This document shows, in pieces, positions 9,988 to 19,951 of a stretch of 64,000 nucleotides of DNA. Positions within the stretch are counted from its first letter, which is position 1, and each line of letters begins with the position of its first letter. This DNA comes from Trueperaceae bacterium (GTDB taxonomy: Bacteria; Deinococcota; Deinococci; Deinococcales; Trueperaceae), in the NCBI GenBank assembly GCA_965213925.1, contig OZ243927.1, positions 3,104,001 through 3,168,000 on the forward strand, given 5' to 3'. The notes beneath the pieces were generated by a model. It worked only from the letters and a program-made list of their open reading frames with translations, did no database searches and was not told the DNA's origin. A program made the position numbers and the translations under genes.

Positions 9988-10160
9988 GGAAGACTTTAGC
10001 AATGAGTTCCGAGCAATGAGTTGAAAGGTTTTAACTCACTACTCACCGTTTCGCATCTGCGAAAACTTCGTAATCGTTCCTTTCGCATTCGCGAAAACTA
10101 CGTAAGCGGAAGCTAAAGCCACCAGCTCGACTGGATTGCTTTTCACTCGTTACTTGCTTC
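9988..10160 (+). repeat. Dispersed multi-hairpin intergenic repeat, copy 1
   Basis: Shares TCGTTCCTTTCGCA..GCGAAAACT..CGTAA..ACCAGCTCGACTGGATTGCT with 43056-43191 and, in reverse, 41842-41960. Confidence 0.8.
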
Positions 10161-10240
10161 AACGAACTACCGAATCCTCGAGCCTTCCTCCCGCAAACTT
10201 CTCAGGTTTATAGCCTACTCCGCAAATCTTATGTAAGCTG

Positions 10241-10266
10241 GGTTATGTACTAACGAGTACATAACC
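10241..10266. promoter_or_regulatory. Palindromic TetR operator candidate
   Basis: GGTTATGTACT-AACG-AGTACATAACC, perfect 11-bp arms. The core recurs at 10894-10909. Confidence 0.7.
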
Positions 10267-10297
10267 TCTATAGTCCTTCTAAGAGAGGAGGGGAACT

Positions 10298-10873
10298 GTG
10301 GCGAGACCGCGCAAGTTCGACCGCAGCGAAGCGCTGGATAAGGCGATGCTGGTGTTCTGGCAAAAGGGCTACGAGGCGACCTTTTTGGACGACCTGACTC
10401 AGGCGATGGGCATCAACCGTCCGAGTTTGTACAACGCCTTCGGCGACAAGCACGCTCTCTATATGGAGGCGCTAGCACGCTACCGCGACCTGTACAGCGG
10501 CAAGATGTTAACGGCGTTAGAGCTTGCGCCTAGCGTCAAAGCGGGCTTTGCACGTATCTTTGATGACCTTATCGCCGAAGCTACCGAAGGCTGCTGCGCT
10601 GGCTGCATGATCGTTAATAGCACCGTCCAAACGTGCGCGACCAGCGAGAGCGTCGCTGCGTTCGTCAAGGAGACCGACACCGCGTCTAAACGCGCTTTTA
10701 CCGCCTTTCTAGCCGACGCGCAACGAAAGGGGGAGCTTTCGGGCAAAGACCCCCAAGCCTTAGCGCTCTACCTCTACAGCGCCATTGCCGGGCTACAACT
10801 ACGCGCTAAAGCGGGCGACCGCCAAGCGGAATTAGAGACTATCGCCCAACTCGCCTTAACCGTTTTGGACTAA
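10298..10873 (+). CDS. TetR/AcrR-family transcriptional regulator (NemR/ComR-like)
   Basis: MARPRKFD...FWQKGYEAT...MGINRPSLYNAFGDKHAL HTH. Confidence 0.93.
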   Translation: MARPRKFDRSEALDKAMLVFWQKGYEATFLDDLTQAMGINRPSLYNAFGDKHALYMEALARYRDLYSGKMLTALELAPSVKAGFARIFDDLIAEATEGCCAGCMIVNSTVQTCATSESVAAFVKETDTASKRAFTAFLADAQRKGELSGKDPQALALYLYSAIAGLQLRAKAGDRQAELETIAQLALTVLD

Positions 10874-10890
10874 ACTTTTTTATTTAGTAG

Positions 10891-10912
10891 TTTTGTACTC
10901 AAAAGTACATAA
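10891..10912. promoter_or_regulatory. Second TGTACT-N4-AGTACA operator, just upstream of the SDR RBS
   Basis: TTTTGTACT-CAAA-AGTACATAA. Confidence 0.65.
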
Positions 10913-10920
10913 GGAGATAT

Positions 10921-11667
10921 ATGCAGTTACAGGACAGAGTCGCCGTGATTACCGGGGGCAACAGCGGTATCGGTCTGGCATCGGCGCAAGCGTTGGCGAA
11001 TTTAGGTGCGAAAGTCGTCATTTCAGGACGCGACGAAGAGGCGTTAGCGAGGAGTGTGGAACAAATAAGCGGCGAAACGCTCGCCGTACGCGCCGACGTA
11101 ACCAAGCTAGATGATTTGGATGGTCTCTTCGAAAGGACAGCGCGCACCTTCGGCAAGGTTGACATCCTCTTCATCAACGCAGGGTTGGTCATCTTTGATT
11201 CCTTAGGCGAAATGAGCGAAGAAAACTTCGACACGGTCATGAACACGAACTTCAAAGGCGCGTACTTTACGGTGCAAAAAGCGCTACCTTACCTCAACGA
11301 CGGGGCGTCCATTATCTTAAACACCTCCATCAACGCACATATCGGAATGCCCGGCTCAACGGTATACGCCGCCAGTAAAGCCGCCTTATCGAGCCTGATT
11401 CGCACCCTCTCGGCGGAGCTTTTAGAGCGCAAGGTCCGCGTGAACGCGGTGAGCCCTGGTCCTATAGAGACGCCCATCTTCGGCAAGCTCGGCATGGACG
11501 AGGCGCAGACGCAGGAGATGGCGGTAGGCATCTTGGAGCAAATTCCTATCGGGCGCTTTGGCAAACCCGAAGAAATTGCCAACATCGTCGCCTTTCTAGC
11601 CTCGGATGACGCGCCCTTCATCGTGGGCACGGAAATCACGGCGGACGGGGGGATGAGCCAGCTCTGA
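10921..11667 (+). CDS. Short-chain dehydrogenase/reductase
   Basis: TGGNSGIG, NAG, YAASK, VNAVSPG. Confidence 0.95.
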   Translation: MQLQDRVAVITGGNSGIGLASAQALANLGAKVVISGRDEEALARSVEQISGETLAVRADVTKLDDLDGLFERTARTFGKVDILFINAGLVIFDSLGEMSEENFDTVMNTNFKGAYFTVQKALPYLNDGASIILNTSINAHIGMPGSTVYAASKAALSSLIRTLSAELLERKVRVNAVSPGPIETPIFGKLGMDEAQTQEMAVGILEQIPIGRFGKPEEIANIVAFLASDDAPFIVGTEITADGGMSQL

Positions 11668-11851
11668 TGACCTAATACTGCCTAGCCTCTTTGAGTTTCG
11701 CACAATCATCTTTCTTGGCGAGGGAATGCGCGGCGTAGGGTCACCTCTATACATCACTGTATGAATCGACCCTACTGAACTTGCCTCCTTCTATAACTTT
11801 TCCAGCAAGGTCTAGCAGTGTAAAGTAATTCGGCGGCGAGGAGAGGCACGC

Positions 11852-12367
11852 TCACCAAGACGGCAGCGTCCTCTCCTCTGGCTCTATCCAAGGTTGCGGC
11901 ACGAGGATGCCTTCGCCGCCTAGTACTTCTACGCTTTCGCCTTCGATGCGTAAAGAAACGCGCTCTATGTCCGCCGGCTGTGACAGCGTGTAAAAAAGCT
12001 GGTTGAGCCGCCCCAGCATCGACGCGGTGCCGCCCCCCTGGGCGAACTCAGTCGAGAGATCAACAGTGACGGTATTGGCCGCTAGCTCGAGCCCCCTCAC
12101 CTCTGTGTCGGCTGGAAAGGCGCTCGAGAGCCCCGCCTCGTCCGTTCCCTCGATCAACGCCTGTAGCGCCGCTTCTAACCTCGCCTCGGGCGTGTCCGCG
12201 TCGAAGCGGCGGCGCACGCTCTCCAGGGTGAAGGTCGTCTCCTGCGATTTGACGTAGTAGACGATGCTGTTAGGAAGCCGGTTAAGCATCCGAATGGTAA
12301 TTGCAGAAACGAGGATGAGGAGCAAGAGAAGGGCGAGCGCGGCGACACGTAGAGCGATGGTACGCAT
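11852..12367 (-). CDS. GerMN-domain protein
   Basis: N-terminal TM helix; AALQALIEG...VTVDLS.EF..GGG.....RLNQL.YTL. Confidence 0.85.
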   Translation of the reverse strand: MRTIALRVAALALLLLLILVSAITIRMLNRLPNSIVYYVKSQETTFTLESVRRRFDADTPEARLEAALQALIEGTDEAGLSSAFPADTEVRGLELAANTVTVDLSTEFAQGGGTASMLGRLNQLFYTLSQPADIERVSLRIEGESVEVLGGEGILVPQPWIEPEERTLPSW

Positions 12368-12452
12368 AAAGGCACGCTATCACCCTACGCGGTGACGTCA
12401 AGATGGAATTTTTATAGTATCGCCAACCTCAGCGTAGGCGAAACCACCAACC

Positions 12453-13868
12453 CTAGTTACTCGCCTCATCATCGGCGAGTCGCGCCGCCTCTTCCGCAAA
12501 GAAGCGGTACGAGTTGTCGTCGGGGACGAGCGCTAGGGCGCGGCGGTAGTCGCTCGCGGCGGCGCTGTATTCGCCCCTGTCGAAGTGGATGCGCCCGAGC
12601 CACGCCCACGCATCGGCGTAGGTCGAACGCGCCGCGACTGCCGCTTCAAACGCCGTTTGCGCCGCCTCTAAGTTCGCGTTTTGGTAGGCGCTGACGCCCC
12701 GGTTAAAGGCGCTCGAGGCTTCCGCCCCGTAGCCGCTCTGGTTGCGGGCGAGTTCGAGGAAGTAGGCGGCCCTGGTGTCGTCAGGGTTGAGTTGGGTGAC
12801 GCGCTCCCAGAACGGGACCGCTTGCTGCGGCAGACCCGCCTCTTGGTAGCTCCGCGCCGCCCACGACGCCGCCTCCGCGTACTGCGGATTGGCGCGGCTC
12901 GCCGCTGCGAAGGCGTCACCGGCTTCTTCCAGAGCGCCCTCGTTGTAGAGGCGCATCCCCTCCTGAAAAGTCAGCACCGCCTCTACACCCCACTCGAGCT
13001 GGTCATCTGCTCGCGCGATGAAGTAGCGCGCGCGGCTCTCTTCGGGGTCGAGTTCCAGGACGCGCTGCCAGTATTCCTTCGCCTCTTCGGAAAGCCCAAG
13101 TTCCAAACTCGTGCGCCCTGCCCAAACGAAGGCTTGCTTATAGTCGGGGTTCGCCTGCACTGCCTCCTCGAAGAGGGTGAGCGCGTCCTCTAAGCGCTCT
13201 TCATTGTAAGCTTGCAGACCTCTCTGAAAGGCGCTACCTGCGGCTGCGCCGAACTCGAGCTGCCCCTCAGTTTGCGCCAGATAAAACTGCACGCCTTCGT
13301 CGTCCGGTGAGAGTTCGGCGGCAGCCTGCCAGTAGGAAAGCGCCCGCTCGGGCTCGCCCTGCTCTAAATAGATACGTCCGAGCCAGACGTTCGGCACGGC
13401 GTTTTGCGCGTCGAGCGCCAAGACCTCTTCGAAATAGGTCGCCGCGCCCGTCGGGTCGCCTGCGTTGTAGCGGGCGTAGCCGAGTTGAGTGCCCACCTCG
13501 AGCAAATCAGCTAGGAGGGCGTCGTCAAGTGCGCCGCCCGCCTCCAGGTACCGCTGCCCGTAGCCCCACGCGCGCACGTGCCAGGAGAGGTCGCTGTACG
13601 TACGGGTGAGGAAGCGGAGCGCCTCGGGCGCGTCCGGCTCGAGCCGCAAGGCCCGCTCGCCCGCTCGAATCGCCTCGCGCCACAGCGGTTGGTCGGGGCT
13701 GTTCGCGCCCGCGTACGTCGCCCGGGCCTCCTCAGCCGCCGCCCGTCCCTCTTGCAAAGCCGTGAGCGCCTCGCCGCTGAGTTGCGCCGCCGCCCCGTTT
13801 AGACCGAGTAGCGTCAGTAGAATGAGAAGCTTATTCAGATGGCGTCTTGACAAAAACATCCCCACCAT
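12453..13868 (-). CDS. Exported tetratricopeptide-repeat protein
   Basis: Signal peptide plus multiple TPR units (e.g. AWAWLGRIHFDRGEYSAAASDYRRALALVPDD). Confidence 0.88.
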   Translation of the reverse strand: MVGMFLSRRHLNKLLILLTLLGLNGAAAQLSGEALTALQEGRAAAEEARATYAGANSPDQPLWREAIRAGERALRLEPDAPEALRFLTRTYSDLSWHVRAWGYGQRYLEAGGALDDALLADLLEVGTQLGYARYNAGDPTGAATYFEEVLALDAQNAVPNVWLGRIYLEQGEPERALSYWQAAAELSPDDEGVQFYLAQTEGQLEFGAAAGSAFQRGLQAYNEERLEDALTLFEEAVQANPDYKQAFVWAGRTSLELGLSEEAKEYWQRVLELDPEESRARYFIARADDQLEWGVEAVLTFQEGMRLYNEGALEEAGDAFAAASRANPQYAEAASWAARSYQEAGLPQQAVPFWERVTQLNPDDTRAAYFLELARNQSGYGAEASSAFNRGVSAYQNANLEAAQTAFEAAVAARSTYADAWAWLGRIHFDRGEYSAAASDYRRALALVPDDNSYRFFAEEAARLADDEASN

Positions 13869-13961
13869 TGTAGCGCCTTAGCGCCCTCTAACGATGTGAT
13901 ACATGTGAAGTTTTTAATTCTCGAGACGCCGAGCCACCCCAACGTGAAGACTCGCTCGACC

Positions 13962-14471
13962 TCAGCCTCTCAACCTCACAGCCACGTTCTCTACAACCTC
14001 TTCTAATGGAGGTGAGATGTCTACGCGCACGGCGTCGCCAGGGTCGGGTTCTTCCAACGCTTCGAACTGACTCTTTAGCATCTCCGTTTTCATGAAGTGA
14101 CCTTCTCTGGCTTGCATCCGCTCCTGGATGAGTTCGAAGCTTCCCTCCAGGTAGACGAACCCTACGCGCCTGTCCACTCGGAGTCGCTCGCGGTAGCGCT
14201 CTTTAAGCGCGGAGCAGGCGAGAATTAGCCGCTCGTCTTTCTCCAGATGCTCGTCGATAATTTCGCGCAGCCGCGTCAGCCAGGGCGCGCGGTCGCTGTC
14301 GTCTAAGGGCTCACCGCGCGACATCTTCTCGACGTTCGCCTCGGGGTGAAAGTCGTCCGCGTCGAGGAAATGCCAGCCCAAACGCTCAGCCAGACCCTTG
14401 CCGACAGCGGATTTGCCGGAACTGGAAACGCCCATCACGACGTAAACACGCTTTTCCTCTAAATGCATCAT
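13962..14471 (-). CDS. gntK: Gluconokinase
   Basis: MGVSSSGKS, DADDFHP, PLDDSDRAPW, ACSALK, SQFEALEEP. Confidence 0.92.
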   Translation of the reverse strand: MMHLEEKRVYVVMGVSSSGKSAVGKGLAERLGWHFLDADDFHPEANVEKMSRGEPLDDSDRAPWLTRLREIIDEHLEKDERLILACSALKERYRERLRVDRRVGFVYLEGSFELIQERMQAREGHFMKTEMLKSQFEALEEPDPGDAVRVDISPPLEEVVENVAVRLRG

Positions 14472-14585
14472 TCGTGAGGGCAGTCTAGCACAGGTGGTGC
14501 TGGAAGTAGGGAGCGGGAATTTAGGTTTCTTCTTGCGCCTCACTTCTGCCCCTCGCAATCCCGACTATTCCCATCGCTTTAATGC

Positions 14586-14606
14586 AAATTGAAATCATAA
14601 CGATTC
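14586..14606 (+). promoter_or_regulatory. Zur/Fur-family operator candidate upstream of the ZIP transporter
   Basis: AAATTGAAATCATAACGATTC matches the Bacillus-type Zur box AAATCGTAATnATTACGATTT at 16 of 20 defined positions; it lies just before a TATAGT -10. Confidence 0.45.
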
Positions 14607-14703
14607 CGATTTATAGTAACGGTGTCGGGTTGGCGCGGTCGCTGGTGGGTTGGATGTTCGCATGGTCTCGAGCCGACCCTTCATAAAACAAAAGGAGTTC
14701 TAG

Positions 14704-15447
14704 GTGGACATTTCAGTCTGGACCGTATTCTTCTACGCCTCACTCACGGCGGTGGCGACGGGATTGGGCGCGCTTCCCTTTTTCTTCATCAAAAAGGTCT
14801 CTAAACCCACGCTAGGCCTCGCCAACGCAGGCGCAGCCGGGCTGATGCTTGCGGCGAGCTTTAACCTCATCTACGAGGGACTGGCTTACGGAATGCCCCG
14901 CGTCGTGCTCGGCATCCTCCTAGGTCTCGCCTTTATCGTTGTGACTCGGTGGCTCTTAGAGCGGCGTGGCGGTGAGCCAGATATCGGTGAACTGCACGGT
15001 GCGGGGGCGCTCAGGGCGCTCCTCATCGTCGGGGTGATGACGCTGCACTCCTTTGCCGAGGGCATCGGCGTCGGCGTGTCGTTCGGGGGCGGGCAGGCGT
15101 TCGGCGTTTTTATCACGGCGGCGATTGCTTTGCACAACGTACCCGAAGGCTTGGCGATTTCGCTCGTGCTCGTGCCCGAAGGGGTCTCGGCGTGGCGGGC
15201 GGCGTTTTGGAGCGTGGTCTCGAGCCTCCCTCAACCCCTCTTAGCGGTGCCTGCCTACCTCTTCGTGGAGGTCTTCGAGCCCTTTTTGCCCGTCGGCTTA
15301 GGGCTCGCCGCTGGCGCGATGATCTGGATGGCGTTCTCCGAGCTTCTGCCCGAATCGCTGGAAAACGCGCCCGGCAACCAAGTCGGCATCGTCGTCACGG
15401 TGGCTGTCGCCGCGATGACCGTGTTTCAGGTGGTGCTGGGGGGCTAG
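14704..15447 (+). CDS. ZIP-family (ZupT/GufA) divalent metal transporter
   Basis: MTLHSFAEG and ALHNVPEG motifs; about 8 TM helices. Confidence 0.92.
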   Translation: MDISVWTVFFYASLTAVATGLGALPFFFIKKVSKPTLGLANAGAAGLMLAASFNLIYEGLAYGMPRVVLGILLGLAFIVVTRWLLERRGGEPDIGELHGAGALRALLIVGVMTLHSFAEGIGVGVSFGGGQAFGVFITAAIALHNVPEGLAISLVLVPEGVSAWRAAFWSVVSSLPQPLLAVPAYLFVEVFEPFLPVGLGLAAGAMIWMAFSELLPESLENAPGNQVGIVVTVAVAAMTVFQVVLGG

Positions 15448-15497
15448 ATATCACCTCTACGCCCAGTCTATGAATGCGAACCGGGCTAGGCTCAAGC

Positions 15498-15983
15498 ATG
15501 GCCGACCCACCTAAACCGCGTAAGAGGCGCGAAGACAGCGGCACCCGCAGGCTGACGAGGTTCAACGACCTAGCCGAGCGCGTCATCGCGATGGCGGTGG
15601 TGGGGATGCTCATCGTAGCGTCCGCCCTTATCCTGTGGGAGAGCGCTCTTGAACTGTGGCGCGGCCTTTCCGGGAGGGACGACTACTCGCTCACGACGGT
15701 GCTGTCCGACATCCTTTTGGCGCTGATGATCGCCGAGATCATCGGCACGGTTAGCTCGTTTTTGCGCGACGGCGCGTTTAACCCTATCCCTTTCCTCGTC
15801 GTGGGCATCATCGCGAGCGTGCGGCGGCTTTCTGTCATCAGCGCCGAGAGCACCGAGCTGCTGAGTTCGGGTAGCGAACTGCCCCTTTTCCTCCTCGTCG
15901 AGCTAGGCATCCTCGCCTTCACCATCGCAGTGTGCGCCTGGTCGATCAGCATCTTGCGCGAGAAGCGTTACGAGCAAGACTGA
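15498..15983 (+). CDS. PsiE-family membrane protein
   Basis: DILLALMIAEI...PFLVVGIIASVRRL motif; 4 TM helices. Confidence 0.8.
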   Translation: MADPPKPRKRREDSGTRRLTRFNDLAERVIAMAVVGMLIVASALILWESALELWRGLSGRDDYSLTTVLSDILLALMIAEIIGTVSSFLRDGAFNPIPFLVVGIIASVRRLSVISAESTELLSSGSELPLFLLVELGILAFTIAVCAWSISILREKRYEQD

Positions 15984-16152
15984 AGGTGCGCCGCCCATAA
16001 GCAACCCAGCAGAAGTCAGAGGCAGCAGGGCGACATAAACTCGGTGAATGTGACTCGAGGCGCGCCGCGTCTGCTCACCACGCCTTGACCCCGCACGTTC
16101 GGGTGCGCTAGGGTGGAGAGCGGTCTTTTTAGAAGACGGCAAGGGACTTTAC

Positions 16153-17460
16153 ATGTTTGAGAGTTTAGGCGACAGACTACAGGGCGTATTCGATTCACTG
16201 CGCGGACGCGGCAAGCTGACCGAGGCGGAAGTTAAGACTGCCTTGCGCGAGGTGCGCGTGGCGCTCTTAGAGGCGGACGTCAATTTAGAGGTCGCCCGCG
16301 ACTTCACCAAGCGCGTGCAGGAGAAAGCCACCGGCTCCGAAGTCTTGATGTCGCTCCAGCCCGAGCAGCGCGTCATCTCTATCGTCCACGACGAGTTGGT
16401 GGACATCTTGGGCGGCAAAGCGGCGCAGCCCAGCCTCCAAAACGAGCAGAACGTCTGGATGCTCATGGGCTTACAAGGTGCCGGTAAAACGACCACAGCG
16501 GGCAAGCTCGCGTATAAGTACAAAGCGCAGGGGCGCAGACCTCTTCTGATCGCAGCGGACACGCAGCGCCCGGCGGCGCGTGACCAGCTCCGCGTGTTGG
16601 GTCAGCAGATCAGCGTACCTGTTTTGGAAGTCGAGGACGACGAAGCGCCAGAGCGCACCAAAGAGCGCCTGCAAGCCTACCTCAAAACGAACTACCGCGA
16701 CCTCATCATCGTGGACACGGCGGGGCGTCTGCAGATTGATGAAAACCTCATGGACGCACTTGCCGACCTCAAAGACGCGCTCGAGCCCAACGAGGCGATG
16801 CTCGTCGTGGACGCCATGACCGGGCAGCAAACGCTCCCCGTCGCCACCGCCTTCGACGAGCGCGTGGGCGTCTCGGGTCTCATTATGACGAAGCTCGACG
16901 GCGACGCAAGAGGTGGCGCGGCGCTTTCCGCGAAGCACGTCACGGGCAAGCCCATCTACTTCGCCGGGATGAGCGAGAAGATCGACGGCTTAGAGCCCTT
17001 TTACCCCGACCGCGTCGCGGGTCGCATCCTCGGCATGGGCGACATGATGACGCTCATCGAGAAAGCGAAAGTCTTAGAGGGCGACGACGACGAGGTCACG
17101 AGCCTCAAGGACTTCACGCTTCAAGACATGCTCACGCAGATGCAGAAGATCAAGAAGATGGGCTCGTTCACCGACATCCTCAAAATGATTCCTGGCGCGA
17201 GCAAGATGCTGGGCGGCGCGGACATAGACGAGGGCGAGATCGCCCGCATCGAGGCGATCATCTCGTCAATGACCGAAAAAGAGCGGCGCAGACCGAAACT
17301 CTTAAACGCGAGCCGCCGTAAGCGCATCGCGGCGGGCTCCGGGACGACGGTGCAAGATGTGAACCGCCTGATGAAGAACTACGAGCAGATGAAGAAGATG
17401 ATGAAAAAGATGGGCAGGCGTCAACCCGGTAAGGGGATGGGGCGCAGCTTAGGGCGTTAA
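16153..17460 (+). CDS. ffh: Signal recognition particle protein
   Basis: [24 protein letters not shown], Met-rich M domain. Confidence 0.98.
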   Translation: MFESLGDRLQGVFDSLRGRGKLTEAEVKTALREVRVALLEADVNLEVARDFTKRVQEKATGSEVLMSLQPEQRVISIVHDELVDILGGKAAQPSLQNEQNVWMLMGLQGAGKTTTAGKLAYKYKAQGRRPLLIAADTQRPAARDQLRVLGQQISVPVLEVEDDEAPERTKERLQAYLKTNYRDLIIVDTAGRLQIDENLMDALADLKDALEPNEAMLVVDAMTGQQTLPVATAFDERVGVSGLIMTKLDGDARGGAALSAKHVTGKPIYFAGMSEKIDGLEPFYPDRVAGRILGMGDMMTLIEKAKVLEGDDDEVTSLKDFTLQDMLTQMQKIKKMGSFTDILKMIPGASKMLGGADIDEGEIARIEAIISSMTEKERRRPKLLNASRRKRIAAGSGTTVQDVNRLMKNYEQMKKMMKKMGRRQPGKGMGRSLGR

Positions 17461-17532
17461 TTTGGTGTACACTCAAAAGCAACCTGTCCGCGTCAGGACA
17501 ACACTAAAGCTATTCGAGAAAGAGGAAGCAAC

Positions 17533-17835
17533 ATGGTTAAAATCCGTTTAACGCGCTTAGGCGCAAAAAAGAACCCCCACTACCGCGTTGTCGTCACCGA
17601 CGCCCGCACGAAGCGCAGCGGCGACTACATCGAGTCGCTCGGCTACTACGACCCGCGCGAAAAAAGCGAAACGCCCCTTAAAATTGACGTCGAGCGCGCG
17701 GAGCACTGGCTCTCGCAGGGCGCGCAGCCCACGGGCGCAGCCATCCGGCTCTTGGAGAAGTCCGGCGTCACCGTTGGCAAGGTTCAGGCGAAGCGCTCGA
17801 GCGCCTACGAAGCGAGAACGCAAGCGAGCGCTTAA
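17533..17835 (+). CDS. rpsP: 30S ribosomal protein S16
   Basis: [10 protein letters not shown]...YRVVV.D.R...GAQPT. Confidence 0.98.
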   Translation: MVKIRLTRLGAKKNPHYRVVVTDARTKRSGDYIESLGYYDPREKSETPLKIDVERAEHWLSQGAQPTGAAIRLLEKSGVTVGKVQAKRSSAYEARTQASA

Positions 17836-17846
17836 CCCAACCCGTC

Positions 17847-18077
17847 ATGCCCCTAGAACTCGTCACCTTCGCCCTACAAAATCTCGTAGAAGAGCCCGAC
17901 AAGCTCCGCGTCGAGTCGCGCACCGACTCGCGCGGCGTTCACATCGAGATTCACTGCGCCGAGGGTGACGCGGGGCGCATCATCGGGCGGGGCGGACGTT
18001 TGATCAACAGCCTGCGCACGTTGGCTCGAGCCGCTGCCGACGGACGCCAGCGCGTTGACGTTCACCTCATTGATTAA
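17847..18077 (+). CDS. khpA: KH-domain RNA-binding protein
   Basis: GRIIGRGGR motif; conserved position between rpsP and rimM. Confidence 0.9.
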   Translation: MPLELVTFALQNLVEEPDKLRVESRTDSRGVHIEIHCAEGDAGRIIGRGGRLINSLRTLARAAADGRQRVDVHLID

Positions 18078-18084
18078 CTAGCAC

Positions 18085-18606
18085 GTGGCAGTAGAACCGC
18101 CAGAAGGCTCCATTCTCCTCGGTACATTGGGAAAGACTTTCCAACTCGCCGGGGGGCTTCGTTTTTATGGTTTGGGTCAGGCGGAAGCGGACGCGATCTT
18201 CAAGCTGGAGCGCGTTTTTGTTACGAGTTTGGGCGAGCGCAGACTGACGCAGGTGCGGCGCGTCGGTGGTCAGACGGTGGTGTATCTCGGGGGCATCACT
18301 AAAATCGAGCAAGCCAAACCCCTCGTCAACGAAGAGGTCTACGTAAGGGCTGAAGACCTCCCTGAGCCCGAAGAGGGGTTTTACTTGGAACTACTGCTCG
18401 AGCTTCCTGTCCACGTTGACGGCGAACCCTTCGGCGAAGTCGTTGACGTAATTTCCGCAGGCTTTCAAGACCTTTTAGTCATCCTCCACGAGGATGAAGA
18501 ATATTTAGTACCTCTGCAAGCCGACTATGTGCAAATAAGTGAAGTAAGTGAAGAGGGTATCTCCATCGAGAATGCGCCGGAGGGGTTGTTGGGCAATGCA
18601 GAATGA
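18085..18606 (+). CDS. rimM: 16S rRNA processing protein RimM
   Basis: LPEPEEG.Y, GEVVDV...QDLLV...LVP PRC barrel; synteny. Confidence 0.9.
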   Translation: MAVEPPEGSILLGTLGKTFQLAGGLRFYGLGQAEADAIFKLERVFVTSLGERRLTQVRRVGGQTVVYLGGITKIEQAKPLVNEEVYVRAEDLPEPEEGFYLELLLELPVHVDGEPFGEVVDVISAGFQDLLVILHEDEEYLVPLQADYVQISEVSEEGISIENAPEGLLGNAE

Positions 18607-18669
18607 GGAATATAGAATAAAGAGTGCGGGAGATTCTATTCTGCATCCTTTATTCCCGATTCTGCTTCC

Positions 18670-19410
18670 ATGAAATACACCGTTCTCACCCTCTTCCCCG
18701 ACCTCTTGCGCCCGTGGACCGAAGAAGCTTTGTTAGGACGCGCCGTTAAAAACGGGCACCTCAGCTTCGACGTGCGCGACTTGCGCGACTACGCGGCGAA
18801 TAAACATAGAAACGTGGACGACACACCTTATGGCGGCGGCGCGGGGATGGTCATCCGGGTGGACATCGCGGCGCGGGCGATTGAAGAGATCAAAAGGGAA
18901 TCGCCGCCCGATGAGATTATCCTGCTCTCCCCTGCTGGCGAACCCTTCACGCAAAAGTTGGCGGAGGATTTGGCGACGAAAGAGCATCTTTGTTTACTTT
19001 CAGGACGCTATGAGGGGTTTGACGCGAGGGTGGAGTCTTTGGTCACCAAAGAGGTCAGCATCGGCGATTATGTACTCATGGGCGGCGAAATCGCGGCGTT
19101 AGCGCTGATCGAAGCAACGGCAAGACTCGTTCCGGGCGTGTTGGGTGACGCGCAAAGCCACGAGCAGGATTCTTTTTCGACAGGGCTCTTGGACTACCCA
19201 GAATACACCCGCCCGGCTGAGTACGAGGGCGTCGGCATCCCCGACGTGTTGACGAGCGGGCACCATGCGAACGTCGAGAGGTGGCGGCGCGAGAGGGCGT
19301 TGGAACGCACGTTAGCGCGAAGACCGGATTTGCTCGAGCACGCCAACCTCACCGACACCGACCTAGCCTTTTTGCAGGCGCTACAAACCAAAAAAGAGGG
19401 CGACGCTTAG
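18670..19410 (+). CDS. trmD: tRNA (guanine-N1)-methyltransferase
   Basis: [34 protein letters not shown]. Confidence 0.98.
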   Translation: MKYTVLTLFPDLLRPWTEEALLGRAVKNGHLSFDVRDLRDYAANKHRNVDDTPYGGGAGMVIRVDIAARAIEEIKRESPPDEIILLSPAGEPFTQKLAEDLATKEHLCLLSGRYEGFDARVESLVTKEVSIGDYVLMGGEIAALALIEATARLVPGVLGDAQSHEQDSFSTGLLDYPEYTRPAEYEGVGIPDVLTSGHHANVERWRRERALERTLARRPDLLEHANLTDTDLAFLQALQTKKEGDA

Positions 19411-19456
19411 CGCCGCCTGATTTTTTTGTACAAGGGGTTTCAACCCTTTGCTGAGC

Positions 19457-19951
19457 TTAACCGCCCGCGCTGACGCGGTCGATGACCTCTTGCGTGATGT
19501 TGGGAAAGCCCTCCGCCGCGTAGACGACGAGCGCCGAGCTTGCCGCCACCCCTTGGTTGAGCACGAGCGTGTAACCGTTCGCCTGGGCGATTTCTTGGAT
19601 GATCGCGTCCACTGCCTGTTCTGCAGGCTGAATTGTCGCTTGAATCTCCTCGCGGTAACGCGCCTGGGTCTCCTGATAGGTGCGCTGGGAGAGGTCTAGG
19701 GTGCTGCGCTCCTCGGCGGTCAGCTCTTCGCCTGCGTTGAGCCTCTCTAGGAGCGGCGCGACGTTCGCTTGAATCTCGCCGAGTTCGGTTCTGGCTTGCT
19801 CCTCTAACTGCTGCGCCTGCGCCCCGGCTGGGTGCGCCGCTAAAACCGCGCCCGCGTCCACAAAGGCGATGCTGAGTTGATCTTGCGCCGCGCCGAGCGC
19901 GAAGAGAGAGAGGATACTTACGAGTAGAGTAACGGGTAAAAATCGCTTCAT
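19457..19951 (-). CDS. OmpH/Skp-family periplasmic chaperone
   Basis: Signal peptide, IAFVD, coiled coil, ANGYTLVL...NIT.EV. Confidence 0.85.
   Translation of the reverse strand: MKRFLPVTLLVSILSLFALGAAQDQLSIAFVDAGAVLAAHPAGAQAQQLEEQARTELGEIQANVAPLLERLNAGEELTAEERSTLDLSQRTYQETQARYREEIQATIQPAEQAVDAIIQEIAQANGYTLVLNQGVAASSALVVYAAEGFPNITQEVIDRVSAGG

Noticed and set aside
9721..11700. Genomic island integrated at tRNA-Arg
   Set aside because: No integrase, and I found no duplicated tRNA 3' end.
15984..16152. SRP RNA next to ffh
   Set aside because: The conserved domain IV motif (CAGG...GGAA...AGCA) is not present.
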